A stretch of 64,000 nt of DNA from Candidatus Latescibacterota bacterium (GTDB lineage: Bacteria > Latescibacterota > CBDEFO01): positions 1,024,001 through 1,088,000 of the forward strand of contig OZ252149.1 of NCBI GenBank assembly GCA_965248755.1, written 5' to 3'. Position 1 is the first letter of the stretch; each line of letters starts with the position of its first letter. Shown piece by piece: positions 10,261 through 20,898 of this stretch. Position numbers and translations under genes: made by a program. The notes under the pieces are model-generated. The model had not been told where the DNA came from and did not search any database. It was given only the letters and a program-made list of their open reading frames with translations.

Positions 10261-11139
10261 ATGGGATTACATATAGCTCTGATCCTTTTAATATATCTTC
10301 TCCTCCCTGATACTTTGTTTGCCGGGGCGTGGATCCTTCCGAAGAAGAGTCTCTGGACTAAAGTCTCTTTCTTCCACGAATCGGACAAAGAGAGATTCTG
10401 TCCCGAAAGAGAGACCTGTAAAGACGGAGAGAAAGTCCCTTTAAGTCTTTTCACCGATGACGCTGAGAACGTCTCCACAGTTCTATCAGTTGATGTATCC
10501 TATGCATTGACCGACAGGTTAGAAATAGGGACTCAGATACCTTACTTCAGGTTGGATTTTGAGGAAAACCTCGGTAACATAGCAGTTACAGATATATCTA
10601 GCGCTGGATTCGGAGACATAAGATTCTTTGGAAGATATAACGTTCTGTCTGAGCCAGCCGTCGTGACGGTCAAAATAGGGGTCAAAGCCCCGGTAGGAAA
10701 GTTCGACAACGACATCTTTGCACTGCCTGTGGGCGAAGGTCAATGGGATGTGGAGTATTTCCTCCAGATCGGAAGATCGCTCTATCCGATCCCTGGATAT
10801 GTCAATCTGGACATCGGCTACAGGTCCAGGCAGGAAAACGACACTAACAAGTTCAGACCGGGAGATGAGTTTGTATTCCTTGCAGAGATAGGATACACCG
10901 CACTTCATGGGATAGGGTTAAAAGCCACAACTTCAGGCCTATTTGGAAGGGATCCTGAAAACTCAGGCATAAGCGCCAGCGGAGCTCGCCGTCAGATAAT
11001 ATATATGGGGCAGGGGATAATCTTGGGTCCTGTAATGGGAGTGAATATAGAAACTTCTTTGAAATTGCCTGTAAAAGGCTTAAATTTTCCAGCGGGCGCT
11101 CAGTTCTTAGGGGAAATTTCCTATAACATCAGTCTGTAG
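10261..11139 (+). CDS. Putative outer-membrane beta-barrel transporter (MetA-pathway/SphA-like)
   Basis: Signal peptide; GFGDI, KAPVG, GEGQWD, PGDEF motifs; beta-signal-like C-terminus. Confidence 0.65.
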   Translation: MGLHIALILLIYLLLPDTLFAGAWILPKKSLWTKVSFFHESDKERFCPERETCKDGEKVPLSLFTDDAENVSTVLSVDVSYALTDRLEIGTQIPYFRLDFEENLGNIAVTDISSAGFGDIRFFGRYNVLSEPAVVTVKIGVKAPVGKFDNDIFALPVGEGQWDVEYFLQIGRSLYPIPGYVNLDIGYRSRQENDTNKFRPGDEFVFLAEIGYTALHGIGLKATTSGLFGRDPENSGISASGARRQIIYMGQGIILGPVMGVNIETSLKLPVKGLNFPAGAQFLGEISYNISL

Positions 11140-11243
11140 AATCTTCAGCTACAGATCTTAAGCTCTACCGAAAGGGACCCTGCTTTAAAAAGACCGCTGG
11201 GTCTGGGGTCTCTGCTTTTAATTGCTCCTCACAACCGGAAAGA

Positions 11244-12101
11244 ATGTTAATTATGAAATTCAGAAAGCTCGTTTTCTTATCGTTGTTCTCCGTAAGCATG
11301 GGATTCATATGGGGCTGTGGAGACGATGAAGAAAGCCCCTTGACACCTGGCAGCGGTACTCCAATAGAGGGCGCATATTCTATAAAGACCGTCAGGTTCT
11401 CCACAAGCGATGATCTTACAATATCTGGAGGCTGGACCCTTCCCAAGATGGAGAAAGACAAATTCCCGGCGGTGATCCTCCTTCACTCACTCCGCTCCGA
11501 CCGCGACAATTGGATCTTAAGTTCTCTTTGGACTGAGCTTCTCGAGGGCGGATACGCTGTGCTTCGGATAGATCTTCGAGGACACGGAGAAAGCCAAAAT
11601 CCTGGCGGTCGTTCGTGCGATTTGTCATCTTGTACCCTGACTATACAGGATCTGGAAAACACTCCTCTGGATGTTAAGGGAGCCTTAGACTGGCTCTTTA
11701 GCAAACCTGAGGTAGATACGGACAAAATCGCCCTTATCGGCGAGGATATAGGAGCCAATGTCGCTTATGTAAGTTCAGGGGCTTTCAGCGGGATCAAGAC
11801 CGCTGTTTTAATTTCACCTGTAGCTTTGCAGAGCGCAAGTACAGGAGAGACCATCCTGATCGCGCCCCGGTTTGTGGGAGCCGACGCTGGGAGCTTCAGT
11901 CCTCGTTCTATTCTCTTTGTAGCGTCTCAAGCTGATTCAAATTCTGTATTCATGGTCGACAACATGCTGCCGCTTACATCAGAACCGAGGGGATCCATAG
12001 GGATTAGCGATACCAATGCCCACGGCATCGCAACGTTGGCAATCCAAGGGGTTAGGAACGCGATTATAGAGTGGCTGAGGGACAGATTAGGAGAGGAGTA
12101 A
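11244..12101 (+). CDS. Alpha/beta hydrolase lipoprotein
   Basis: Lipobox IWGC; ILLHS, DLRGHGES, elbow GEDIG, AHG. Confidence 0.8.
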   Translation: MLIMKFRKLVFLSLFSVSMGFIWGCGDDEESPLTPGSGTPIEGAYSIKTVRFSTSDDLTISGGWTLPKMEKDKFPAVILLHSLRSDRDNWILSSLWTELLEGGYAVLRIDLRGHGESQNPGGRSCDLSSCTLTIQDLENTPLDVKGALDWLFSKPEVDTDKIALIGEDIGANVAYVSSGAFSGIKTAVLISPVALQSASTGETILIAPRFVGADAGSFSPRSILFVASQADSNSVFMVDNMLPLTSEPRGSIGISDTNAHGIATLAIQGVRNAIIEWLRDRLGEE

Positions 12102-12134
12102 TTATCTAGAGATCAAAAACTAAATTGCGCGATT

Positions 12135-13394
12135 ATGGGGGGAGTGATCGTAGCTTCTCGAAAGGAGCGGATAAAGGTGCTAAGATTACTCTTGACCGCA
12201 TTAGGTGTACCTGTTATTTTTCTCTCCATCTCCTGCGGCGGTAGTGGCACAGACAGAGACACTAATATCCTATCGCCAGGATCTGAGTCTGATAATACCA
12301 ATCAAACTCCCTCTGATTCAGAAGCTCCCCAGCCTGGTGGAGATATTGCAGATCAGATCCCTGTTGAAGACGGTGGAACTGGCGAATCTGCAGTCTCTTC
12401 ATTTTCTCCCTTCAGGATCAAAGATAAAGAGACCGGAACCGTCTGGAACATCAAAGGTGAAGCTGAAAGCGGCCCCCTTAAAGGTGCCGTCTCGAACAGA
12501 TAGCAGCCTACAGTGCATATTGGTTCGCCTGGGCATCTTTCTGGCAACGCACTCAGATATGGAGTCCTGATGGAACATCCTCAGAAAATCTGGTCTTCAG
12601 AGAAGTTTCCCCCGGCGAAATATTTCAGGATCTCCCAAAAGATGCAATCCCTCCTTTAGATTCCCCCCTCTTTCTGAATGCAGATGAATCGTTCGGCCTC
12701 TTCGACGACGACATAATCCTGGGAGTAGCCATCAATGGCGATGCCAAAGCTTACCCCATAAGGATTATGAACTGGCACGAGATAGTAAATCATTCGGTCG
12801 GCGGACAGAAGATATCCGTGACCTACTGTCCCTTGACCGCATCAGGCGTCAACTTTGACGCATCAGAGACAGAGTTCGGAAACACAGGAGCACTCTTCAA
12901 CAACAATGTGGTTGTATATGACAGAGAAAATCGGGATTACTGGACTCAGATGGGGTTTACCAATCTGACTGGAAGCATGGGCGAAAAGGAGCTTACGATG
13001 CTCCCTATAGTCCAGACTACGTGGGGAATGTAGAGGAAACTCTATCCCGACACAGAGGTCTTGTCTTTCGATAGCAGGATATAGAAGGAACTATGACGTA
13101 GACCGCTACGTCGAAGCTGGGTACACTGTCCAGGAAGTCGTATGGTTTAGGCAATTTGTCCCTATTGACAGACGTCTGAATTTAAAAGAGATGGTCCTGG
13201 GCCTTGTGGACAAAGAGGCGGAAATCGCCAGAGCTTATCCGTACTCCAACATGGGGAATCAGGCTGCGATAAACGACAATTTCGTCGGACGCGATGTTCT
13301 GATCCTCTATAAAGGTTCCGGACTCTTGGCCATAGCCTACGAAAAATCGGTGTCTGGAATGACTCTTACCTTCGACATTATCCCAAATATATAA
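12135..13394 (+). pseudogene. DUF3179-domain lipoprotein, disrupted
   Basis: DKETGTVW..GPLKG / YWFAW; AYPIRIMNWHEIVN, YCPL, YDRE; frameshifts near 12488 and 13072, TAG at 13031. Confidence 0.75.
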
Positions 13395-13590
13395 GCAGAT
13401 TTCAAACAGTAGAAAGCATACAGGGCATCCCCACTCCTTCGCAATTCCTGTCTACGAAATTGCTTTTTTCGCTCACAGTGGAAGCTTCTGAAACGTTTAG
13501 TCATTGAAAGGGGAGTCTATGTCTACTGGGGCGAAACCGTGGGTTTTCCCCTACATTCATCTCTACGGGCGACGCGTGTGTTTGTCCCTG

Positions 13591-14364
13591 CTACTGACTA
13601 CTGTCTACTGCTCTTAGCTGGTCCATCACCCGGCGCACTATCTCTCGTATAGTATCCTGATCCACCTCCTGATCGCGACTTTCACAGGAATCTTGAGGGC
13701 CCTCTTCCGCTGTCTCACACAGAAGGTCTCCGGGTCTGTAGCTCGTATCCATAAGCCTCTGAACCTTTTCCGAAGAAAGGACGTTTACGTTTCCCATCTG
13801 ACGGGCGATGTAGATGATCTGAGCCGAATGCTCCACAGTCTCCATCTTGTAGTAGGCGTCCATCAGGTCCTTACCCACTGTCAGAGCACCATGGTTCTCC
13901 AGCAAAAGAGCGTCATAATCGCGCACGTATTTTCGTACGGACTCAGGGACCTCCTCCGTAGAGGGAGTGCCGTACCTGGTCAATGGGATCGAGCCCAACT
14001 GCAGAATAACCTCAGGCAGAACGCATTCTCTGATCGAGATACCTGCTACTGCAAAGCCTGTTGCATAGGGGGGATGAGCGTGAACCACACCAGCCACATC
14101 TGCTCTCTCCTTGTATACCATAAGGTGCATCTTGATCTCCGACGACGGCTTCAATCCGCCCGATACTACCCTCCCATCCAGATCGCAGAGGACCAACTGA
14201 TCCTCACTTAAGAATCCCTTGCTAAAGCCGCTCGGAGTCGAAAGGATCCGATCGTTAGTGACCTTTGCGCTCACGTTGCCTTCGCTTGCCACCACATATC
14301 CCCGCTCATACATCCTCTTGCAGACCTCTAAAACCTCTCTTTTTATCCTGTAAGCCGAATTCAT
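13591..14364 (-). CDS. Class II aldolase (fuculose/rhamnulose-phosphate aldolase-like) with C-terminal encapsulation peptide
   Basis: EGNVS, TPSG, KPSSE, VVHAHPP, LENHG; tail DQDTIREIVRRVMDQL. Confidence 0.9.
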   Translation of the reverse strand: MNSAYRIKREVLEVCKRMYERGYVVASEGNVSAKVTNDRILSTPSGFSKGFLSEDQLVLCDLDGRVVSGGLKPSSEIKMHLMVYKERADVAGVVHAHPPYATGFAVAGISIRECVLPEVILQLGSIPLTRYGTPSTEEVPESVRKYVRDYDALLLENHGALTVGKDLMDAYYKMETVEHSAQIIYIARQMGNVNVLSSEKVQRLMDTSYRPGDLLCETAEEGPQDSCESRDQEVDQDTIREIVRRVMDQLRAVDSSQ

Positions 14365-14367
14365 CTT

Positions 14368-14640
14368 TCAAGCTTCTCCATCTACCGAATCTATCACTCC
14401 AACTATCACCGACCTCAGGGGCGCGACTTCCAGATCCAATATTTGCCTTGCTCCGATCCCCTCACTCATGACAAGCACCGTCTCGCCTGCGCCTGCGCCT
14501 ACACTATCGACCGCCAGAAACGTCTCCTCTTGAGGTTTAAGATCCGTGTCCAGAGCCTGAACGATCATCAACTTCCTTCCCGAATAAGCTCCGTTCTTTA
14601 TCGTAGATACGACACTGCCAATCACCTTAGCGATCTTCAC
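14368..14640 (-). CDS. BMC vertex protein (BMC-P, EutN/CcmL)
   Basis: AKVIGSVVST, AVDSVGAGAGETV, IVGVID. Confidence 0.93.
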   Translation of the reverse strand: MKIAKVIGSVVSTIKNGAYSGRKLMIVQALDTDLKPQEETFLAVDSVGAGAGETVLVMSEGIGARQILDLEVAPLRSVIVGVIDSVDGEA

Positions 14641-15553
14641 TATAGTGTGTCCTCTCAGGTTTGAGGGTCAAGATCAGGACACCCCCCACAATTCCCGGCG
14701 CTGCGACATCTATAAGGAACAGCATAAAGGCAGCGTTAAAAGCGTAGACGCCCTCCACGTTAAAGTTGGAAAGCAGCAGCACAGACACGGCCTCCCTGAC
14801 TCCCAGATCTACAAAAGTTATGGGGAAAAGGCTCTTTATCACAAATATGGAGGGTATCACAGACGCAGCGGCTTTCAGCGATATATCTGTAAAGGAGAGA
14901 ACCAAGAGATAAAATTGCGCAAAAAACGTGAGGTTGAAAAGAACGGACAAGATCAGGATATATAAGATTCTCCTGTTGTTCAGCACGTTAAAGCTCTCCA
15001 GAAGTGGATATATCTTCTCCTTGAAGGGCAAATTTGGGAATTTTTCCTTTAGCTTGTCCCCCAGGCGATCAACGTTGAAGCATCCCCACGTCATGACGCT
15101 GATAACCGCAAGTCCCGGCAGGACGATAAGATAGGGATAGAGCAGGAAAAGGCCCAATATCGCCGCTATAAGAGTCACGGCAAAGGACGAGAGCTTATCA
15201 ATAAGGGCAAGTCCCGCTATTCTGGCCGGACTTTGATCCTTTATACACAAGCCCCGCATAAGCTCCCCCGACCTTGCCGGCGACACAGCCCCCAAGGACA
15301 TGCCGACAAATAGAGAAGAAACTATCTCCGCAACTGTCACATTGGGCTTGAGGGTCTTGGCTAAATATCCCCACTTTAAGAGCTGAATCAACAGATTAGG
15401 GATCAAAAGAAGAGCCGCCCAACCTAATAGACCTGTATCCATGTTTCTCAACACGGATACGATCTCAGATGGACGGACCTTGAAGACGATGAGAGCCAGA
15501 ATTCCTATTGATGCTGCGATCTTGAGAGCTGTAAAATAGCGCCTTGGGATCAT
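14627..15553 (-). CDS. Flippase-like membrane protein (LPG synthase TM/UPF0104)
   Basis: Multiple TM helices, PARSGELMR, LGVREA. Confidence 0.8.
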   Translation of the reverse strand: MIPRRYFTALKIAASIGILALIVFKVRPSEIVSVLRNMDTGLLGWAALLLIPNLLIQLLKWGYLAKTLKPNVTVAEIVSSLFVGMSLGAVSPARSGELMRGLCIKDQSPARIAGLALIDKLSSFAVTLIAAILGLFLLYPYLIVLPGLAVISVMTWGCFNVDRLGDKLKEKFPNLPFKEKIYPLLESFNVLNNRRILYILILSVLFNLTFFAQFYLLVLSFTDISLKAAASVIPSIFVIKSLFPITFVDLGVREAVSVLLLSNFNVEGVYAFNAAFMLFLIDVAAPGIVGGVLILTLKPERTHYSEDR

Positions 15554-15556
15554 ATC

Positions 15557-16027
15557 CTACTCTTTCTTCTCCTCTTTTTCTTCCTTCTCAGGCTCTTTGA
15601 CGCCCTTTACCTTCTGCTCCAACTTCTCGATCTCCTTCTGTATATCGGATCTAAGCCTCTGCTCCCTTTCCTTCAGCAGCTTCTCCCTAAAAACATCCGC
15701 CTCAGACTTTGCAGCCGGCGTTATAATAGCCGACTTTACCCCCAATTTGATCTTTAGCAGATCCTGGGAACTTTCCAACTTCAGCACATCTGACTCAGCC
15801 CTGGCCGCAGTCAATCTCTCCTTCAGTTCCTTATTTTCCGACTGCAGACGCTCTATTTCTCCTTCCAGCTCAGCTATCTTCTCCTTGAGAGTCCTCTTCT
15901 TTATCTGTGTCCTTTCCACTTCCGCTGTCAGGTCATCTACCCTCTTGTTCAGAGCCGCAGAACTCCCGCATCCGGCCAGCATAGAGAAAATCAGAGCAAT
16001 TGACATCAAGTTCAGTGCTTTTATCAT
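15557..16027 (-). CDS. Coiled-coil lipoprotein
   Basis: Lipobox LAGC followed by E/K/L heptads; ATGA overlap with upstream BMC-P. Confidence 0.7.
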   Translation of the reverse strand: MIKALNLMSIALIFSMLAGCGSSAALNKRVDDLTAEVERTQIKKRTLKEKIAELEGEIERLQSENKELKERLTAARAESDVLKLESSQDLLKIKLGVKSAIITPAAKSEADVFREKLLKEREQRLRSDIQKEIEKLEQKVKGVKEPEKEEKEEKKE

Positions 16028-16311
16028 ACGGATTCATCACCTTCCTGCATTACATCTATTCTGTCCACGATCCCTACCACAGCCGCGTCCACAGGCCCGT
16101 AGACGTTCGGGAGAGCGTGCGTAGCGTCCCGGCTCGTCACGTAAAAGACCGTCTCCTTATAGTCCGCACCCACCATATCCACAGCCACCAATGGCTCCTC
16201 GACCTCCTCGCGCCGATGATTCAACGGCTGGACGATCCTCAGCTTGATGCCCTCTAAATTAGGGTCTTTCCGCGTGGCTACGACCGAGCCTATTACTTTT
16301 CCTAAGCGCAT
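16024..16311 (-). CDS. BMC vertex protein (BMC-P)
   Basis: GKVIGSVVATRK, VAVDMVGA, PVDAAVVGIVD. Confidence 0.93.
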   Translation of the reverse strand: MRLGKVIGSVVATRKDPNLEGIKLRIVQPLNHRREEVEEPLVAVDMVGADYKETVFYVTSRDATHALPNVYGPVDAAVVGIVDRIDVMQEGDESV

Positions 16312-16403
16312 TGAATTGAATTATCCTCCAGACTATCGAAGGCAATTTTAGTCAAACGTAGTGAGCCGTAAAGCCCGTGTTATATGAAGTCGCCTCGTTC
16401 CTG

Positions 16404-16718
16404 TTATTTTAGTTTTACCGCGGTCCCATAAACCAGCAATTCTGACATATTCGAAGCAATCATGCTGGTAACAAAGCGCACATTCACGATAGCATCTGCA
16501 CCCAGCTTATCTCCTTCTTCAACCATACGCTTGAACGCCTCTTCGCGAGCCTCAATAAGGAGATGTGTGTATTGGCCAATCTCGCCGCCAATGATGCTCT
16601 TTAAGCCAGCGAGAATATCTCTACCAATATGCTTTGCCCGTACCGTATTGCCACGAACAACGTCCAATATTTCTGCAATGTCTCTGCCGGGAACTGTTTC
16701 TGTGTTCGTTACAATCAT
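16404..16718 (-). CDS. YbjQ/UPF0145 family protein
   Basis: VRGNTVRAKHIGRD, GGE, AREEA, GADAIVNVRF, YGTAV. Confidence 0.92.
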   Translation of the reverse strand: MIVTNTETVPGRDIAEILDVVRGNTVRAKHIGRDILAGLKSIIGGEIGQYTHLLIEAREEAFKRMVEEGDKLGADAIVNVRFVTSMIASNMSELLVYGTAVKLK

Positions 16719-16886
16719 TTTCCCGTCTCCTTGTGGGCCGCACCGACCATGTCCACGGCAACCAGAGGCTCTTCGATCTTGTCACCCCTATGATTTAGAG
16801 GCTGAGACTATCTTCAGCTTGATGCCCTCTAAATTAGGGTCTTTCCGCGTGGCTACGACAGAGCCTATTACTTTTCCCAAGCGCAT
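16715..16886 (-). pseudogene. Truncated duplicate of BMC-P
   Basis: MRLGKVIGSVVATRKDPNLEGIKLKIV, +1 frameshift, QPLNHRGDKIEEPLVAVDMVGAAHKET then stop overlapping YbjQ start. Confidence 0.8.
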
Positions 16887-16954
16887 TGGATTGAATTATC
16901 CTCCAGACTACCCGTTTATAAATTGGAGAACGTTCAGATGGAAGGAGTTGAACA

Positions 16955-17485
16955 CTACGATGTGTTACCTGAAGATGATCCTCTTATCCTGTGCCCGTAG
17001 GCCAACCCCATCAGGAAACGACCATCTTTCAATAGGTAGACACCAACCCCAAGAAGTATGTATCCAGGCACAATGTAAGACCACAACTGCATCTGAAAAG
17101 AAGGATTGAGCATTATCCTCATAATCCCCTGTCCCACAATCTGAGGGATCGAGAAGGCAACACAGACAGCGCCGATAACTTTCAACGCAAACTGGAACAT
17201 ATCCTGACTCTTAGAGAGATCATTCAATCCTCTTATATCAATCTCTTCATCGGAGGAGACAAATTTTGCGGTCAGCGGATCCGCATATCTAAAAAGCAGA
17301 CAGGCTGCGACAAGGCTCAGAATAAAAGCTGACGCTTGAGATGCGATATTGGGCCACTGGGAGGGTTCATGAGACAGGAGTTGCGCCATACTCCAGCCAA
17401 TCATCGGTACATAAACAATGGCGTGGATCCCCAACAGTAAGGCAATAAGTCTCATACTGAGAGATAATATAGCGGACGCTTTCAT
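16955..17485 (-). CDS. Hypothetical membrane protein (~4 TM, two similar halves)
   Basis: Hydrophobic segments; no family recognised. Confidence 0.65.
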   Translation of the reverse strand: MKASAILSLSMRLIALLLGIHAIVYVPMIGWSMAQLLSHEPSQWPNIASQASAFILSLVAACLLFRYADPLTAKFVSSDEEIDIRGLNDLSKSQDMFQFALKVIGAVCVAFSIPQIVGQGIMRIMLNPSFQMQLWSYIVPGYILLGVGVYLLKDGRFLMGLAYGHRIRGSSSGNTS

Positions 17486-17555
17486 CTAATTCTTCCTGCT
17501 TAAATAGATTCAGAATTAAATAGATTCAGATAACTTGCTAATACCCATTCAGACT

Positions 17556-18134
17556 TCAGTCACTCCAGCTCCCCATAGATAGAAACTCCTGTAATTGCTT
17601 CTGTAGTTCGTCCAAAGAGACTTGTATCTGTTCGATCTCCTTCTGGGGAGCGCCCTTGAGCTTCAGATTCTCCAGTTTTAACTCAAGAATTTCGTTCTGG
17701 CTAATATAACCATATCCTCTTATCGTTGTCATAAGATTTGGGAAACCTATATGTTGTACTTCCCAGCCTAAATCCCTTTTGAATCGCTTCAGATCTTTGC
17801 CCTTAACTTTAAAGATGATAACCTGATCATCGGAAATCTTGTTAAAGTGAAGCTTATTGGGATGATTAAGATTGCTGTTTTCTCCAAGCAGATTGGTAAA
17901 ACCAGCGAAGTTCTTCAGGGTAGTACCTACCCTTTCAACTTTCTCTCTAAAGTTTGTGAAACTGAATCTCTTATCATCTGCCTTTAACTTCGACCATTCA
18001 TCCTCTCCGGATACAGAATTTTCTGGCATGAGCAGTATCACGACCAGAGACAGTAAACAGCTAAAACAGCGTACGAACCACATAGCAACCTCATTAGGCG
18101 ATGCCCATGACGCATTATGATCGTACTTTCTCAA
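17556..18134 (-). CDS. Hypothetical, probably exported protein
   Basis: Hydrophobic N-terminal segment; true start may be downstream of 18134. Confidence 0.55.
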   Translation of the reverse strand: MRKYDHNASWASPNEVAMWFVRCFSCLLSLVVILLMPENSVSGEDEWSKLKADDKRFSFTNFREKVERVGTTLKNFAGFTNLLGENSNLNHPNKLHFNKISDDQVIIFKVKGKDLKRFKRDLGWEVQHIGFPNLMTTIRGYGYISQNEILELKLENLKLKGAPQKEIEQIQVSLDELQKQLQEFLSMGSWSD

Positions 18135-19608
18135 ATAATCCTAAAATAATCCACAAGCGTGCACCGCCTCTGCCTTGTGAACGTGCGGGGCGAAGTTAAG
18201 CCTTCACCCGTCGGACCTGCTATCGAAAACGAAAGGTGCCCTTCGCCGCCCACTCCAAGACCCGCTATCGAAGGCCCGTTCTTCACAAAGATGGCGGTGT
18301 TGCACTTCCTCGCCATCTCGGTCATATTCTCCACGCTCTTGGAGTGCATCACAGCCGTATGCCCGTAGCCGTGCTCGGCCTGTACCGCAAGGTCTATAGC
18401 TTTATGGACATCGGAGACCCTCACTATAGGCAGAAACGGCATCATCTGCTCCTCCTGTACAAACACATGCTCGGGGGAACTCTCACCGATCAAAAGCCTC
18501 GTCTCCTTTGGAACAGAAACGCCGATCTTCTCGGCCAAGACAGAGGCGTCCCTCCCCACCAACTGCTTGTTTACCATCAGGTGACCAGCCTTCTCATCCT
18601 TCACAAAGGCAATCTTGGCGAGCTGTTCTATCTGAATCGCCGTAAGCTCGTGACAGTTGTTATTTTTCACATGTTCTTTAAACTCATCCGCCACAGATTC
18701 CACTACGAAGACCTCTTTTTCGGCTGTGCATATAATATTATTCTCAAAGCTCGCCCCCTCCACAGTATCCTTTGCCGCCCTTTCGAGATCGGCGGTCTCG
18801 TCCACGACTACAGGGGGATTGCCCGGACCTGCTGTAATAGCCTTCTTGTTGGACTCCATCGCCGCTTTCACAACGCCCGGACCTCCGGTCACTAAAAGCA
18901 ATCTTATCTTCGGATGCCTAAACAGCACCTTCGCCGTCTCTATGGTCGGATCGGTCACAGTTGTCAGGAGATTCGGCGGTCCTCCAGCCTCGACTATACC
19001 CTTATTTATCCTGGCTATACCGCACGCCGAGACCCTCTTTGCCCCCGGATGAGGATTGAACACCACCGAATTTCCAGCGGCGATTATAGAGATAGCGTTG
19101 TTGATCGTCGTCGGAACAGGATGCGTGGATGGTGTGGCAACGCCTATCACTCCGTAAGGTGCCATCTCCACAATCGTAAGGCCCCGGTCACCGGACCAGG
19201 AATCGGTCTTTAAATCCTCCACTCCCGGTGTCAGCTGAGACACCATAAGGTGCTTTTTCACCTTATCCTCAAACCTCCCCATGCCGTCTCCTCAAGGGCC
19301 ATCCTCGACAGGTCCTCGGCGTTTTCTGTCCCCACCTTCCTTATCGCCTCAACGATATCTTTCCTCTTTTCCAGCGAAAGATCAGATAGCTCCTTTTGAG
19401 CTATCTCTGCAGCGTCAATAGCGTCCTCTATATTTTCAAAGAGACCGTCCCCTGTCTCCATGCCGGACGCTATCTCAGATCTGCGTCCATCGCCCGAGTC
19501 GAACGCCGATTCCGACCGGGAAAACTCCCTTACCACCTCCTCCACAATCGTCCTTATCTTTGCCTCATCTATCTTGATATTGCTTGCTATCTTTTTTCCG
19601 TTAGCCAT
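18131..19608 (-). CDS. BMC CoA-acylating aldehyde dehydrogenase (EutE/PduP-like), frameshift near 19285
   Basis: N-terminal encapsulation peptide IDEAKIRTIVEEVVREF; ETGMGR restored by adding one G; TPSTHP, TGGPGVV, GPGNPP, NNIICTAEK, GEGLTS. Confidence 0.9.
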
Positions 19609-19894
19609 CTTTGCGATAAACCACTCTGCCCTCTATCTCAAAGGAATCCACAATCGCCATGATAACAGCATCTACGGGCGTGTTTTCCGTTATACTCGTC
19701 TGTCGAGCCGAGCTTCCGCTCGCACACAGGACTATCTCACCGTATCCCGCTCCTACAGAGTCCACAGCTACCAGGTACGAATCCACAGGCTCCACATCCA
19801 TATCCACAGGCTGGACTATCTGAAGCTTCGTCCCTTTGAGCCTCTCATTTTTTTGTGTGGCCACAACAGTGCCCACGACCTTGCCCATTATCAT
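19601..19894 (-). CDS. BMC vertex protein (BMC-P)
   Basis: GKVVGTVVATQK, VAVDSVGAG, GSSAR, PVDAVIMAIVD. Confidence 0.95.
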   Translation of the reverse strand: MIMGKVVGTVVATQKNERLKGTKLQIVQPVDMDVEPVDSYLVAVDSVGAGYGEIVLCASGSSARQTSITENTPVDAVIMAIVDSFEIEGRVVYRKDG

Positions 19895-20014
19895 TTAACT
19901 TCAGTAGACAGTAACCCCCGATAGATTCAATCGGGTGTAGACAGTAGACAGGGCATCTGCCGCCGCCTACTATCTAATCTGTTCTCTCTACTCCTCTATC
20001 TCCTTTCAAATCGT

Positions 20015-20299
20015 TTACTTTCCCGGCTTACTTATAGGCAGCACTTCGTCCAGGCTCGCATGCGGGCGCGGTATCACGTGCACAGACACAACCTCTCCCA
20101 CCTTCTGGCCGGCTGCAGCACCCGCATCGGTAGCGGCCTTCACAGCCGCCACGTCACCCCTCACGAGCGCCGTTACGTATCCCCCGCCTATCTTCTCCCA
20201 GTTCACAAACTGAACGTTTGCCGCCTTGACCATGGCGTCAGCGGCCTCAATCATCGCCACAAGCCCGCGAGTCTCTATCATTCCCAGAGCCTCACCCAT
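20015..20299 (-). CDS. BMC hexamer shell protein (BMC-H, PduA/EutM-like)
   Basis: [33 protein letters not shown]. Confidence 0.96.
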   Translation of the reverse strand: MGEALGMIETRGLVAMIEAADAMVKAANVQFVNWEKIGGGYVTALVRGDVAAVKAATDAGAAAGQKVGEVVSVHVIPRPHASLDEVLPISKPGK

Positions 20300-20366
20300 T
20301 ACATTTTCTCCTTTCTAACAAAGTTTATGGACAGTCCGTCCTCAGCGCAAGCTTAAGTTTTACAGA

Positions 20367-20639
20367 TCACTTAAGTATCACCTCGTCCAGATCCGAATGC
20401 GGGTTGGGGATCACGTGAGACGACACTAACTCCCCGACTTTCCCAGCGGCTTCCACACCCGCCTGCACCGCCGCCTGCACCGCGCCCACGTCGCCCCTTA
20501 CGAAGGTCGTAACGTAAGCCGCGCCTATCGCCTCATACCTTTGGAGGGTCACATTAGCCGCCTTGACCATAGCGTCAGACGCCTCTATCATCCCCACCAA
20601 ACCCTTCGTTTCAACCATCCCAAGCGCAGTTCCTTCCAC
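20367..20639 (-). CDS. BMC hexamer shell protein (BMC-H)
   Basis: [36 protein letters not shown] start with AGGAGG. Confidence 0.95.
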   Translation of the reverse strand: MEGTALGMVETKGLVGMIEASDAMVKAANVTLQRYEAIGAAYVTTFVRGDVGAVQAAVQAGVEAAGKVGELVSSHVIPNPHSDLDEVILK

Positions 20640-20898
20640 TTTCTCACCTCCTTGACTTTTATTGCCAAAGCCTGAAGCCCTGTTAAGAACTGAAAATACC
20701 ACTATCCGACCATAAAGTCAAGCATAAAAAATCACACGGATCACTGCGTTGACCGCCCTGGATGTCCTATTAGACTCCAAGGAGAAGCAACAAATAAAAA
20801 GCGGATAGATTTTGAAATCTATCCGTTCAGACTTGATAAAATGCACACGAGTAGCTACATTTAACAATCGAATAATCAATCCACTGTCAAAGGAGAAT

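Larger units (their letters stand above)
16239..16910. repeat. 97-bp direct repeat (16239-16335 and 16814-16910) covering the BMC-P RBS and 5' end
   Basis: Near-identical (3 mismatches seen). Confidence 0.9.
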
